Assembly: GCA_964476325.1 (NCBI GenBank)
Contig: CAYYYM010000001.1
Coordinates: 1 to 44,578, forward strand
Source: an uncultured Candidatus Saccharibacteria bacterium
GTDB taxonomy: Bacteria > Patescibacteriota > Minisyncoccia > UBA6257 > GWB1-50-10
Direction of reading: 5' to 3'
Length of the DNA: 44,578 nucleotides
A model generated the notes under the pieces. It made no database searches and was not told the origin of the DNA. It worked only from the letters and a program-made list of their open reading frames with translations. The position numbers were made by a program, and so were the translations under genes. This document shows positions 1 through 9,888 of the stretch, one piece after another. Each line of letters opens with the position of its first letter. Position 1 is the stretch's first letter.

Positions 1-19
1 AATGTTATGAGTCGTTTCT

Positions 20-430
20 TCAGCATTCCAGTTGGCTCCATGGACCCCTGGCTCCCGACAAGAGCCAAATGAGCGTATTTACGATTACCCAGGCCATCAG
101 GGCAATCACTATCCCTATTATAGCATTTACGATGAAGTTCTTCCCCGTCTTGAACCTGTTTTCGTTTCCCGCCGATATGAGCATCATGCCGGCGCCGAGC
201 GCCGCCATGAGGACGGCGACAATGAACGTGAGGTCACGCAACATACCCGCCGCATTCGCCGCGACTTTCACCATGTCGCAGAAGTCGCACGGCGTGTCCT
301 CCACGTTGCAGGTCACCTTGTTTCCCCCGCCGAGTGCTCCCGTCCGGTCCCATATGGAAAATACGGCGGCATCCGTGAGGAGCGGCGCGGCGAGCGCGAG
401 GAGTGCGGCGAAGAGGACAACGAATTTCAT
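20..430 (-). CDS. small secreted two-helix protein, T4SS_pilin / TrbC-VirB2-like pilin of the CPR type
   Basis: 136-aa ORF with a signal-like MKFVVLFAALLALAAP and a CDFCD cysteine motif. Two hydrophobic helices flank SAGNENRFKTGKN. The layout is recalled from the T4SS_pilin family common in Patescibacteria. The start lies 3 nt after the stop of the upstream SBP gene. Confidence 0.55.
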   Translation of the reverse strand: MKFVVLFAALLALAAPLLTDAAVFSIWDRTGALGGGNKVTCNVEDTPCDFCDMVKVAANAAGMLRDLTFIVAVLMAALGAGMMLISAGNENRFKTGKNFIVNAIIGIVIALMAWVIVNTLIWLLSGARGPWSQLEC

Positions 431-433
431 GGG

Positions 434-1720
434 CTAAAAGCGCGCCGTCATAAGATTCGTGACCTTTGCCGCACCGTCTCTCAAGACCGTGAGGAGCGAC
501 TGCGCCGTTTTGCCGCTTTGTATCATATCCGCGAAGATGCCCGTCGTCTGGTTCCCGTCCGGGTCCTGCCAGGCCCGGCCGATGAGCGCTTGGCGCGCGA
601 AGACGCCCCGTTCGCCGTCTCCCGCGTACTTCGCGATGAGCACCCGCAGCGCCGGCGGGCGTCCGCTCCGCGAGAGATAGTTCTCGGCGTAGCTCCGGTT
701 CGTCGCCATCGTCCGTATGAATTCCCACGCGAGGTTCGGATAGCCGCTCTGCCGCGCCACCGTCCATCCCCAGTACCGCGCATACGTCGCCTTCGCGGCG
801 CCATCAAGTTGCGGCAGCTCGGCGACGTCCAGGTCCACGAACGGCGCCCGCGCCGCCACAAGGTCTTTCCCCTCGTCGTAATCGACGAGCATCGCCAGCT
901 TCCCCGCGGCGAACAGGTCCCGTGCGGCGGGGAGCGTCTCGTTCCACGCGTACACCGCCGAGGAGGGGTGTGCGAACTGGAGATAGAAGTCGAACGGACT
1001 CACCGCGCTCTCCGTCCCGAATACGGCTTTCGTGTACCCCTCGTCAACCACGCTCACGCCGTTCTGGTACCAGAGCGCGCTCACGATGTCCTTCGCGTTC
1101 GGAATGTTTGCCGCGCCGCCGAGCGCGATGGCCGACTGCGCAATCGCGTCGCCGTCGTACTTCGTGAGCGCCGGCGCGATTTCCTGCACTGTTTCCCACG
1201 TCTCCGGCGGGAACGCGATGCCTGCCTCGTTCAACAGCTCGCGGTTATAGATGAGGGCGAGCGTGTCCACGTAGAGCGGAAGGGCGTACACCGAACCGCT
1301 GTACGAGAAGTCGCGTACGACGGTGTCGGGGAAATCGGCGCGCAGCTGCGCCACGGTGTACGCACTCGGGGGGAGCGGGAAAATCTTGTCCCGCTTCCGC
1401 CGCGCGTCGCCGTTTGAGACCCCGAATATATCGGGTCCCTTGCCGGCGGCCAGCGCGTCAATGAGCGTCTTGTCGTAGACGTCGGGGTCCGTAAAGGCGC
1501 GGTAGGTAATCGTCACGTTCGGGTACTCCTCCCTGAACGCCGCGATGATGTCGCTGTAGTTGCTCCCCTTATCGAGTCCCCACATCGAGAGCGTCGCCTT
1601 CACGTTGTGCGGGTCGTTCCGCTTCCCGCCCGCGACAAAGCCGTAGACAAGGAGCGCGCCCAGGAGCCCGACGGCAGCGAGCGTCGCGATGATGATGGCG
1701 GTTGTTTTCTTGTTTTTCAT
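434..1720 (-). CDS. ABC-transporter substrate-binding protein (family 1, sugar type), membrane anchored
   Basis: 428-aa ORF with N-terminal anchor MKNKKTTAIIIATLAAVGLLGALLV. The body looks like SBP_bac_1 (MWGLDKG, GKGPDIF, YALPLYVDTLALIYN, YWGWTVA). No permease or ATPase gene is adjacent. Confidence 0.8.
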   Translation of the reverse strand: MKNKKTTAIIIATLAAVGLLGALLVYGFVAGGKRNDPHNVKATLSMWGLDKGSNYSDIIAAFREEYPNVTITYRAFTDPDVYDKTLIDALAAGKGPDIFGVSNGDARRKRDKIFPLPPSAYTVAQLRADFPDTVVRDFSYSGSVYALPLYVDTLALIYNRELLNEAGIAFPPETWETVQEIAPALTKYDGDAIAQSAIALGGAANIPNAKDIVSALWYQNGVSVVDEGYTKAVFGTESAVSPFDFYLQFAHPSSAVYAWNETLPAARDLFAAGKLAMLVDYDEGKDLVAARAPFVDLDVAELPQLDGAAKATYARYWGWTVARQSGYPNLAWEFIRTMATNRSYAENYLSRSGRPPALRVLIAKYAGDGERGVFARQALIGRAWQDPDGNQTTGIFADMIQSGKTAQSLLTVLRDGAAKVTNLMTARF

Positions 1721-1807
1721 GGTTAGAGGTAATCCTTCGACTTCGCTCAGGATGACGATGTTCTTACTGTTCTTCCTCGGCGATGCTCGGAATCGCGGAG
1801 AACATCG

Positions 1808-4270
1808 TCAAAATGATGCGACGTCGACGACGTGGTCACCGGAATCCAGGCGCATCAGGCGCACGCCCTGCGTATCCCTGCCCGCCGTCTTGATTTTCTT
1901 CGGGTCAAGCTGGATGACGTTCCCCTTCGCCGAAAACGCGATGACGCCCTCCGTCTCGGGCCGGATGAGCTCCGCCGAGGCGATGGGACCCGTTTTCGCC
2001 GTCACCTTCGCCGTCTTCACTCCCCCGCCGCCGCGCCGCTGCACCTTGTAGTAGCGCAGCTCGGTCTGCTTACCGTAGCCGTTCTCGGTCACGATGAGGA
2101 GCTTCAGCTTGCTCGCCCCGCCACTTTTTATTATACCAACTCCGGCAACCGTGTCGTCACCCTTCAGCTTCAGCGCCACGACGCCGGCGGCCGTCCGCCC
2201 CATCTCCCGCACGTCGCTCTCCTTGAACCGGATAGCCTGCCCCTTGCGCGTCACGCAGACGACTTCCCCGCCGCCGTCAGACGTCTCAACCCACCGGAGG
2301 AGGTCGCCGCTCTTGAGCGAAATCGCCGCGATGCCGCCCCGGCGCACGTTCCGGAACTGTTCCAAGCCGGTCCGCTTCACGATGCCGCGGCTCGTCACCA
2401 TCGTGAGGTACGTCTTGCTCACGTCCGTGTCGTGCGGAAACGCGATGAGGGCAGTGATTGACTCATTTTCCGGTATCTCCAGGAAGGATTGCACGAGCTT
2501 CCCCTTCGAGGTGCGGCTTGAGGCGGGCACTTCGTACGCCCGCGTCCGGTACACCTTGCCGCCCTGCGAGAAGAAGAGGAGGTCGTCGTGCGTGTTCGCG
2601 ACGAAGAGCTGCGCGACGGCGTCCTTGTCCTTCAGCGCGGAGGCGCGCAGGCCCCTGCCGCCCCGCCCCTGGGTCTTGAAGCTCTCGGGCGGCATCCGCT
2701 TGATGTATCCGTCCTTCGTGAGGAGTATCACGACGTCCCGCTTCTCCACGAAATCCTCGTCATTGAATTCCCCGACGCCGCCCCGCTCGATGCGCGTCCG
2801 GCGCGCGTCCGCGTACTTCCCCTTGATTTCTTTCAGCTCTTCCACGAGCACCTCCCGGATGCGCTCCTTACTCTTCAGGATCGCCTCCAGCTCCTTGATG
2901 AGTTTCTTCTTTTCCTTCAGCTCGTCTTCGATTTTCTTGCGCTCCAGGGACGCCAGCGTCTGCAGACGCATCTCAAGGATGGCATCCGCCTGCACCGGCG
3001 TCAGCTTGAACTTCTTCACCAAGTTCGCGTGGGCGTCGGCGCGGTCCTCCGATTTCTTGATGGTCGCGATGACCGCGTCGATGTCGTCCAACGCCTTCAC
3101 GAGCCCCTCCAGGATGTGCGCCCGCTCCTTTGCCTTACCGAGGTCGAACTCGGTGCGGCGGCGGACGACGTTCTCGCGGTGCGCGAGAAACGCTGCGAGG
3201 ATGTCTTTCAGCGACACGACGCTCGGCTGGATGCCGTCCTTCAGCGCCACCATGTTGAAATAGAATTTCTTCTGGAGCTCCGTGTGCCGGAAGAGATAGT
3301 TCACGATGCGCTGGGGTATCGTCGCGGACTTCAGGTCTATCACGATGCGCATCCCCTCGCGGTCCGACTCGTCCCGAATGTCTTTGATACCTTCCAGCTT
3401 CTTGTCCTGCACGAGTTCCGCGATTTTCGTAATCAGGTTCGCCTTCACGACCTGGTACGGTATTTCGGTAATGACGATGCGCGGCGCCCCCTTCACCTCT
3501 TCCACGTCCACAAGCGCCCGCACGGTCACGCTCCCTCGCCCCGTCGCGTACGCCCGCTCGACGTCCCCCTCGTCGTGAATCGTGCAGCCGGTCGGGAAAT
3601 CGGGCCCGGGGAGCTTCTTCATCAGCTCCTTCACGCTCGCGTCGCCGTGCTCCGCGAGGTACTGGAGCGTGTCAATCGTCTCGCCGAGGTTGTGCGGCGG
3701 GATGGAAGTCGCCATGCCGACCGCGATGCCGAGTGTCCCGTTCACGAGGAGATTCGGGAACGCGGAGGGGAGATACACCGGTTCTTTCCGCGTGTTGTCA
3801 TAGTTGTACGTCCAGTCAATCGTCTCTTTCTCGATGTCGCGGAGCATCTCCTCGCCGATGGCGGTGAGGCGCGCTTCCGTGTACCGCATCGCCGCGGGCG
3901 GGTCGCCGTCGACCGAGCCCCAGTTTCCCTGCCCCTGTATGAGCGGATTCCTAAGGGAGAAGTCCTGCGCCATGCGCGCGAGGGCATCGTACACCGCACT
4001 GTCGCCGTGCGGGTGATACCGCCCCAGGACGGCGCCCACGACGTTCGCCGATTTGCGGAACCGGGCGTTGTGTGTCAGGCCGTCGTCCCACATCGCCCAG
4101 AGGATGCGGCGCTGGACCGGCTTCAAGCCGTCCCGGATGTCAGGCAGCGCGCGCGCGACGATGACGGACATCGCATAGTCAAGATACGATTCCTCGAGTT
4201 CTTCGGTGATTTCGCGCGCTTCCGGCTCCCGCTTCACCTCCACTACCTCGTTGTCTTCTTTCTTCGCCAT
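1808..4270 (-). CDS. gyrA: DNA gyrase subunit A
   Basis: 820 aa; [40 protein letters not shown], and a long C-terminal repeat (beta-pinwheel-like) region. Confidence 0.97.
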   Translation of the reverse strand: MAKKEDNEVVEVKREPEAREITEELEESYLDYAMSVIVARALPDIRDGLKPVQRRILWAMWDDGLTHNARFRKSANVVGAVLGRYHPHGDSAVYDALARMAQDFSLRNPLIQGQGNWGSVDGDPPAAMRYTEARLTAIGEEMLRDIEKETIDWTYNYDNTRKEPVYLPSAFPNLLVNGTLGIAVGMATSIPPHNLGETIDTLQYLAEHGDASVKELMKKLPGPDFPTGCTIHDEGDVERAYATGRGSVTVRALVDVEEVKGAPRIVITEIPYQVVKANLITKIAELVQDKKLEGIKDIRDESDREGMRIVIDLKSATIPQRIVNYLFRHTELQKKFYFNMVALKDGIQPSVVSLKDILAAFLAHRENVVRRRTEFDLGKAKERAHILEGLVKALDDIDAVIATIKKSEDRADAHANLVKKFKLTPVQADAILEMRLQTLASLERKKIEDELKEKKKLIKELEAILKSKERIREVLVEELKEIKGKYADARRTRIERGGVGEFNDEDFVEKRDVVILLTKDGYIKRMPPESFKTQGRGGRGLRASALKDKDAVAQLFVANTHDDLLFFSQGGKVYRTRAYEVPASSRTSKGKLVQSFLEIPENESITALIAFPHDTDVSKTYLTMVTSRGIVKRTGLEQFRNVRRGGIAAISLKSGDLLRWVETSDGGGEVVCVTRKGQAIRFKESDVREMGRTAAGVVALKLKGDDTVAGVGIIKSGGASKLKLLIVTENGYGKQTELRYYKVQRRGGGGVKTAKVTAKTGPIASAELIRPETEGVIAFSAKGNVIQLDPKKIKTAGRDTQGVRLMRLDSGDHVVDVASF

Positions 4271-4271
4271 A

Positions 4272-4643
4272 TTAAAACGTATACTCGTACTGTTTCCCTT
4301 CCACCAGCTTCCGCACGCCGTCTATCGCGCGACTCACCCCCGAACCGACCCAGCGCGCGATCCGCTCCACGCCCCGCGTAAACGTCTCAATCACGCCGCC
4401 TTCCGGCTCTCCGGCAGCCGGCTCGGCGGGCGGGCTGACCAGTTCAACGGTACTCTCCTGCCCCGCCGCGCGGCCGACGAGCGGCGCGACTTCCGAGTTC
4501 ATATACCCGATCCACGCCGTGACGAGCACCACGGCGGCAATCGCCGTCGCCGCGACGAGCCACCGGCGTTTCCTCCCCTCATCCGCCTTCCGGAGGATGC
4601 GTAAGCCGCGCTTTAGGCGGTCCATTAGATTCAGGTAAGACAT
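4272..4643 (-). CDS. hypothetical single-pass membrane protein
   Basis: 123-aa ORF with a basic N-terminus then the TM helix [20 protein letters not shown]. Its stop is 1 nt before the gyrA start, and its start overlaps the upstream gene by 13 nt. No recognisable motif. Confidence 0.45.
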   Translation of the reverse strand: MSYLNLMDRLKRGLRILRKADEGRKRRWLVAATAIAAVVLVTAWIGYMNSEVAPLVGRAAGQESTVELVSPPAEPAAGEPEGGVIETFTRGVERIARWVGSGVSRAIDGVRKLVEGKQYEYTF

Positions 4644-5194
4644 CGCAGCTGCATACTTCCCTTTTCCAGGTCGCTCTTCTTGAAAACGAACTTATCCTCC
4701 GCGGGGCAGGCGTCCGCGCCGAACTCCTTAAGGAATGGCTTCACGTCCTCCGTGTAGAGCGGGATGATGACGGACGGCGTGAGCTGCCGGAGCATGCCCG
4801 CCACCTCCGCCGCCGTTTCCTTGCCGCCGGGAACTGCCGCTACATCCATGTCCTGCAGGTATTCCTGCATCTCTTCCTTCGGCAGGACGGGCGTGTCCCC
4901 GAAGAGGGCGAACCGGATATCGTCGAAGCGGACGGTGTAGATGGTCCGTTCTTCGTCTCCTTCCGAGGGCACCTGCAGGCCCCGCACCCGTATGCCCCCC
5001 ACCTCGTATTCCCCGGCGTGGCGGATGACGAAAATCTGGCTCTCCTCCTTGAGGCCCGTCGGCTCGCCGCCGTCTCTCGTGAAGAGCGCAAGCTGCGCCC
5101 CCTTGAACGACCGCTCGTCCGTGGGGTCCACGAGCACCGTCGTCTTTCCCGACTGCAGTTTCAGGTATCCTGCTCCCTGGCGCGTGATAACCAT
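4631..5194 (-). CDS. MBL-fold-like protein lacking the HxHxDH metal motif
   Basis: The ORF track gives 4631..5236; I prefer the internal ATG at 5194 (MVITRQGAGYLKL). KTTVLVDP ... HAGEY ... resembles Lactamase_B_3/UPF0173 proteins, but the expected HxHxDH position reads FTRDGGEP. Confidence 0.45.
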   Translation of the reverse strand: MVITRQGAGYLKLQSGKTTVLVDPTDERSFKGAQLALFTRDGGEPTGLKEESQIFVIRHAGEYEVGGIRVRGLQVPSEGDEERTIYTVRFDDIRFALFGDTPVLPKEEMQEYLQDMDVAAVPGGKETAAEVAGMLRQLTPSVIIPLYTEDVKPFLKEFGADACPAEDKFVFKKSDLEKGSMQLRCLT

Positions 5195-5328
5195 GCTCCT
5201 TCTTATTGTACGTCCCGAAGCGCCAAATCTCAACATACCGCCCGCCCTTTCGCTCCCGCCGTTGTCTTGACTTCTTATACTATATATGTTATTCTTTTCT
5301 CAGAATCTTCGAATGTAAGGAGTACCGA

Positions 5329-5796
5329 ATGAAAACGAGGCTCATTGCGATTTGTTCCCTTTTTGCCGCGGCCGGTATCTTGCTTTTCGCGGGATGCTCG
5401 AACCCCGTGACTGGCCCCGCAGCGGGCGGCAATCCGGCCGCTCAGGCGCCGACGGCACGCTTCACGGACATGAACGGCGCCGACGTCGCGTACGATGCCG
5501 TATATGATTTCGGCACGGTGACCGCGGGCAAGAGTAAGGCCCTTACCTTCTCGATAGAGAACGGAGGAGACAAGGACCTGCTCATCACCGGTTCGACGCT
5601 TCCTCCTGCTATCTTCGAGGCGGAAGGCTTCGAAACGGGAGTCATCCCACCGGGACAAAAGAGGACCTGTACGGTAACATTCACACCCGTCGGGAATGGG
5701 GACTACGCGTGGAAGGCGGGGCTCGCCTTCGAAACGAACGACTCGGACAACCCCGGCTATCGAGTCTGGTTTACGGGAGAAAGCGTTTCTTCCTGA
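5329..5796 (+). CDS. lipoprotein with a choice-of-anchor-D / ASH-like beta-sandwich domain
   Basis: ATG at 5329 lies 6 nt after AAGGAG (5317..5322). Lipobox LLFAGC; DFGTVTAGKSKALTFSIENGGDKDLLITG is typical of that domain. The ORF-track start at 5206 is an upstream extension. Confidence 0.65.
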   Translation: MKTRLIAICSLFAAAGILLFAGCSNPVTGPAAGGNPAAQAPTARFTDMNGADVAYDAVYDFGTVTAGKSKALTFSIENGGDKDLLITGSTLPPAIFEAEGFETGVIPPGQKRTCTVTFTPVGNGDYAWKAGLAFETNDSDNPGYRVWFTGESVSS

Positions 5797-5809
5797 CGGG
5801 ACTCGACAA

Positions 5810-5839
5810 CCCTCGCGCATACGCGCGAGGGCATTTTTA
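5810..5839 (+). terminator. intrinsic terminator after the lipoprotein gene
   Basis: CCCTCGCGC (5810..5818), 4-nt loop, GCGCGAGGG (5823..5831), followed by CATTTTTA. Confidence 0.6.
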
Positions 5840-5894
5840 TGGAAACGGCGGCAGGGCTTTACACACCCCCTTTCTTTGGGTATTCTTGTCCCGT

Positions 5895-6977
5895 ATGGCA
5901 CGATTGAAACAAAGCGCCTTCGCGCGCTTCGTGAAGGACAACGGTGACCTCTTCGCGTTCGTCAAAGCCGGCGACCTCGTGAAGGGCACCATCATCGACC
6001 GAAACCCCCGGGAAGTCGTCATCGACCTCGGCAAATTCGGCACCGGCATCGTCTACCGCGGGGAACTCGCGCACGCACGGGAACTGGTGCATGACCTGAA
6101 GCCGGGAGACGAGATACAGGCGAAGGTCGTGGAAGTCGACAACGACGACGGACTCATCGAGCTCTCGCTCGCCGCGGCGCAGCGCCAACAGAGCTGGTCC
6201 GAGATCGAGGACCTCTTCGGCAAGGAAGAAACGTTCCCTGTGAAGCCGCTCTCCGCGAACAAGGGCGGGCTCCTCGTGGACGTCAAGGGTATCAAGGCGT
6301 TCCTGCCCGCTTCCCAGCTCGCGCCCGAGCACTACCCGACCGTCGAGGACAACGACAAGATGAAGATTCAGGACAAGCTGAACGAGCTCGTCGGCACGGA
6401 GCTCTCAGTGAAAATCATCGACTGCAATCCGCGGAGCGACAAACTGATTCTCTCCGAGCGCGCGGTGCAGGAAACGAACTCACAGGAGCTCATTAAAGAT
6501 TACGCCGTGGGGCAGGTCGTGGACGGCATCGTCTCGGGCATCGCCGATTTCGGCGTCTTCATCAAATTTGCCGACAATCCGGACGTGGAAGGGCTTATCC
6601 ACATCTCCGAACTGTCCTACGCACCCGTTTCAAACCCCAAGGACCTCGTCGGCGTCGGCGACACGCTGCAGGCCAAAATTATCGACATCCGGGGCGGGCG
6701 CATCTCCCTCTCGCTCAAGGCGCTCCAGGAAAACCCGTGGGAGCACGTGACGGAGCGGTACCACAAAGGTGACGCTGTCACGGGGACGGTGTACGAACTC
6801 ACACCCTTCGGCGCGCTCATTACGCTCGATAAGACGTACCAAGGGCAGGTGCACATCACCGACTTCGGCGGCGTGAATGAAATGAAACAGCGCCTCACGA
6901 AAGGCGAGGCGTATCAGTTCGTCATCAAGGACGTGAAACCCGACGACGAGCGCATCACGCTGTCACTCAAGTCCTAG
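5895..6977 (+). CDS. rpsA: 30S ribosomal protein S1 (four S1 domains)
   Basis: Start chosen at MARLKQSAFARFVKDNGDLF. Four S1 repeats are present (GDLVKGTIID, GGLLVDVKGIKAFLPASQL, GQVVDGIVSGIADFGVFIKF, GDAVTGTVYELTPFGALITL). The ORF-track start at 5709 overlaps the previous gene and terminator. Confidence 0.85.
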   Translation: MARLKQSAFARFVKDNGDLFAFVKAGDLVKGTIIDRNPREVVIDLGKFGTGIVYRGELAHARELVHDLKPGDEIQAKVVEVDNDDGLIELSLAAAQRQQSWSEIEDLFGKEETFPVKPLSANKGGLLVDVKGIKAFLPASQLAPEHYPTVEDNDKMKIQDKLNELVGTELSVKIIDCNPRSDKLILSERAVQETNSQELIKDYAVGQVVDGIVSGIADFGVFIKFADNPDVEGLIHISELSYAPVSNPKDLVGVGDTLQAKIIDIRGGRISLSLKALQENPWEHVTERYHKGDAVTGTVYELTPFGALITLDKTYQGQVHITDFGGVNEMKQRLTKGEAYQFVIKDVKPDDERITLSLKS

Positions 6978-7937
6978 TTTTTCTTTCACTTCCGCCAGTT
7001 TCGCGTCCGCTCTTTGGCGGGCGTTTTCGTTGCCCGCGGCAGCCATGCGTTCCAGCTCTTCTTCGGCGTACTTCGCTTCCCGGAACGATTCGAGTTTTTG
7101 TATGAGAAGCTCCGCGAGCGCCGTTTTGAATTCCTGATATCCTTTTCCGTCGAACGAACGTTCGACGTCCTTGACGGACTCTCCCGCAAAGGCGGCATAG
7201 ATGCGGATAAGGTTGCTCACTCCCTGCTTCCGTTTCTCGTCGTAGACGACGCGGGCTTCCGAATCGGTCGTCGCCGCGGCGATTTTCTCCCGTATCGCTT
7301 CCGGCGCGTCGTCCAAGAAGAGACATCCCTTCGGCCTCGACTTTGACATCTTCTCGCCGGGCTCGTCGAGCGCCATGAGGCGCGGTATGTCGGTCATGAG
7401 GGGCTTCGGCTCCGTGAACGTCTTGCCGAACCGCTTGTTGAACTTCCGGGCGAGCATGCGGGCGAACTCCAGGTGCTGGAGCTGGTCCTCGCCCACGGGT
7501 ACGATTGCCGCGTCGTAGAGCAGGATGTCCGCCGCCATCAGGATGGGATACGTGAGCAGTCCCGCATTCACGTTCTTCGGCTCGTGCGCGCTCTTGTCCT
7601 TGAACTGCGTCATGCGCGCAAGGTCGCCATAGGGTGTCACGGTCGCGAGGTACCACATGAGTTCCGTGTGCGCCGGAACGGCCGACTGGACGAAGAGCGT
7701 ACTCTGCTCCGGCGACAGGCCGGCGGCACGGTACGCTTTCAGCAGTTCCGTCACTTCCTTTCGTTTTTCCTTCGGAGCGAACGGTTCGGTCAGGGAATGC
7801 AAGTCGGCGGCGAAGAATAGGCACTCGTACTTCCCTGTTTCCTGCAGCTCCACGAAGTGTTTCAAGGCGCCGAGGTAGTTGCCGATATGCAAGCGGCCCG
7901 AGGGCTGGATGCCGGATATTAAGACGGGTTTTCCCAT
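6963..7937 (-). CDS. trpS: tryptophan--tRNA ligase
   Basis: GIQPSGRLHIGNYLG (HIGH-type) and KMSKS. Start is ATG at 7937 (TGATG overlap with the rnj stop) or GTG at 7940. The 3' end overlaps convergent rpsA by 15 nt. Confidence 0.93.
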   Translation of the reverse strand: MGKPVLISGIQPSGRLHIGNYLGALKHFVELQETGKYECLFFAADLHSLTEPFAPKEKRKEVTELLKAYRAAGLSPEQSTLFVQSAVPAHTELMWYLATVTPYGDLARMTQFKDKSAHEPKNVNAGLLTYPILMAADILLYDAAIVPVGEDQLQHLEFARMLARKFNKRFGKTFTEPKPLMTDIPRLMALDEPGEKMSKSRPKGCLFLDDAPEAIREKIAAATTDSEARVVYDEKRKQGVSNLIRIYAAFAGESVKDVERSFDGKGYQEFKTALAELLIQKLESFREAKYAEEELERMAAAGNENARQRADAKLAEVKEKLGLE

Positions 7938-9721
7938 CACACTTCAATTATAACAGGCAGGACCATCGGCCGGCGGTGGGTTTTCTTGAAGAGGAATTCG
8001 CCGATCTGGTCGCGGATGAGGCCGCGGACGTAGTCCATGTCCAGGGAACCGTGCTGCGGGATACGCCCCACGATGCCGCGAATCTTCCGACGGATGTCGT
8101 TCAAGAGTTCCTGGCTCTCCCGCAGATAGATGAAGCCGCGCGAGATGATATCGGGGTTCTTCATCACCTTGCCGCTGCGCCGCCCGATGACCGTGATAAT
8201 CACGATCATACCGTCTTTCGCGAGCGCGCGGCGGTCGCGGATCACTACTTCCCCGATGTCGCCGACGCCGAGCCCATCCACGAAGACGTACGAAGCCGGC
8301 ACTTCTTTGTCCGTCACTTTCACCGCCTCCTTCCGCAACTCGACGACTTTCCCGTTGTCCGTGAGCGCGATGTGGTCGCGCGACATTCCCAGATCCATCG
8401 CCAGCTGGGCGTTCTGCCGCCGCATAAAGAACCATCCGTGGATGGGGATGAAGAATTCGGGATTCACGAGCTGCATCACCTTCTTTAGCTCCTCCTGCGG
8501 CGCGTGACCGGAGGAGTGAATGTCAAGCATCTTGTAGTCGAAGATGGCGGGACCCTGCCGCGCGATGTTGTCCTTCAGATTCTGCACGCTCATCTCGTTC
8601 CCCGGCACGACGGACGAGGAGAGAATCACCGTGTCCGTTTCCTTCAGGTGGATGTGCCTATGCTCGCCGTTCGCGATGCGCATCAGTCCCGCATTCTTCT
8701 CCCCCTGCGCACCGGTCGCGATGATGACCACCTTGTTGTCCGGATATTTCCTCACGTCCTCGACGGGGATGAGCGCCTGCTCGCTCACCTTCACGTGCCC
8801 GAGGCGCTTCGCAATCTCGAAGTTGCTCTTCAGCGAGTAGCCGGCGAGTGCGATGACCTTGCCGAGCCGCTCGGCAATTTTCACGATTTCCGCAATGCGG
8901 TCGATGAGCGAGGCGAAGCTCGAGATGATGACTCGTCCCCCTGCGCCCTTCAGGAGCTTCTCTATCTCCTTTTCCACGACGCGTTCCGACACTGACCATC
9001 CCTGCACACCCGCGTTCGTGCTGTCGAGCATCAGCGTGTGCACGCCGCGCTTTCCCAGTTTCTCCCACATATCCACGTCCCGCGGCTTGCCGTCTTCGTC
9101 ATAATCGAATTTGAACTCGCCGGGGTGGAGAATCTTGCCGATCGGCGTCTCGAAGAGAATGCCGACGCCGTCGGGTATGTTATGCGTCACGCCGATGAAT
9201 TCCGCCGTGAAGTGCGGGGAGAGCTCCCGCCGCTCGCCGGCTTTCACCACCTGGAAGATGGGTTTCGGCGCGTGCGGAAAGTCCTCCTGCCGTTTGCGGA
9301 TGACTTCTTTCGTGAACTCCGTCGTGAAAATCGGCGGATTGCCGATCCGGTCCATGATGTACGGAATCGCCCCGATGTGGTCGTAGTGGCCGTGCGTGAT
9401 GATGAGCGCTTTGATGTTTTCCTTCCGTTCCTCGAGGTATGTCGTGTTCGGGATGATGAAGTCGACACCCGGCGTTTCTTCTTCCGGGAACTGGAGCCCC
9501 GCGTCGACGACGATGATCTCGTCCCGATACTCGAGGAGCATCATGTTGCGGCCGACCTCTTCCAATCCGCCGAGCGGAATGAGCCGCACCACGCCGTCGC
9601 TCTGCGCGTGCGCGGACTTTGTCGTGCGATGCGCCGCGCTCTCTTTCGGTTTCGCGACGTGCCGGGTCGCGCTCCGCGGCGCCCGGGCTTTTCTCACCTG
9701 TTTTTTCGTTTTTTCTTCCAT
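7937..9721 (-). CDS. rnj: ribonuclease J
   Basis: 594 aa; beta-lactamase/beta-CASP pattern (RLIPLGGLEEVGRNMM, ITHGHYDHIG, HSSGHA) with a basic N-terminal extension of about 45 aa. Confidence 0.92.
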   Translation of the reverse strand: MEEKTKKQVRKARAPRSATRHVAKPKESAAHRTTKSAHAQSDGVVRLIPLGGLEEVGRNMMLLEYRDEIIVVDAGLQFPEEETPGVDFIIPNTTYLEERKENIKALIITHGHYDHIGAIPYIMDRIGNPPIFTTEFTKEVIRKRQEDFPHAPKPIFQVVKAGERRELSPHFTAEFIGVTHNIPDGVGILFETPIGKILHPGEFKFDYDEDGKPRDVDMWEKLGKRGVHTLMLDSTNAGVQGWSVSERVVEKEIEKLLKGAGGRVIISSFASLIDRIAEIVKIAERLGKVIALAGYSLKSNFEIAKRLGHVKVSEQALIPVEDVRKYPDNKVVIIATGAQGEKNAGLMRIANGEHRHIHLKETDTVILSSSVVPGNEMSVQNLKDNIARQGPAIFDYKMLDIHSSGHAPQEELKKVMQLVNPEFFIPIHGWFFMRRQNAQLAMDLGMSRDHIALTDNGKVVELRKEAVKVTDKEVPASYVFVDGLGVGDIGEVVIRDRRALAKDGMIVIITVIGRRSGKVMKNPDIISRGFIYLRESQELLNDIRRKIRGIVGRIPQHGSLDMDYVRGLIRDQIGEFLFKKTHRRPMVLPVIIEV

Positions 9722-9805
9722 AATTTTTTATTGGCTTTTTATTGTAGTCCCGCCTCAGCGGGACAAAGAATCTGTTATCTCGCTTCGCTTCGGACAAATC
9801 CTTTG

Positions 9806-9888
9806 TGGGGATGGGGAGATTTGAACTCCCACGACCTTGCGGTCACTAGCCCCTGAAGCTAGCGCGTCTGCCGTTCCGCCACATCCCC
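9806..9888 (-). tRNA. tRNA-Leu (anticodon CAG), class II with long variable arm
   Basis: Folded by hand. Acceptor GGGGATG/CATCCCC, 3-bp D stem GCG/CGC, anticodon stem CTAGC/GCTAG with loop TTCAGGG. Variable arm GACC-GCAA-GGTC, T arm GGGAG-TTCAAAT-CTCCC, discriminator A. CCA is not encoded. Confidence 0.9.

Noticed and set aside
2588-4381. A 597-aa ORF antisense to gyrA. Similar long antisense ORFs are at 32..1417, 10000..11445, 13936..15393, 20667..21803, 31052..32380, 35008..36003, 38536..39453, 42755..43678 and 43841..44506.
   Set aside because: Each lies opposite a gene with unmistakable conserved motifs. Their translations are Arg/Pro/Gly/His-rich low-complexity strings typical of stop-poor antisense frames in GC-rich DNA.
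5206-5328. N-terminal extensions in the ORF track (5206, 5709, 20514, 22556, 25380, 27343, 29973, 31169, 34750, 36908).
   Set aside because: The extensions overlap upstream genes, terminators or promoters. Internal ATGs give N-termini that match the expected family starts or signal peptides.
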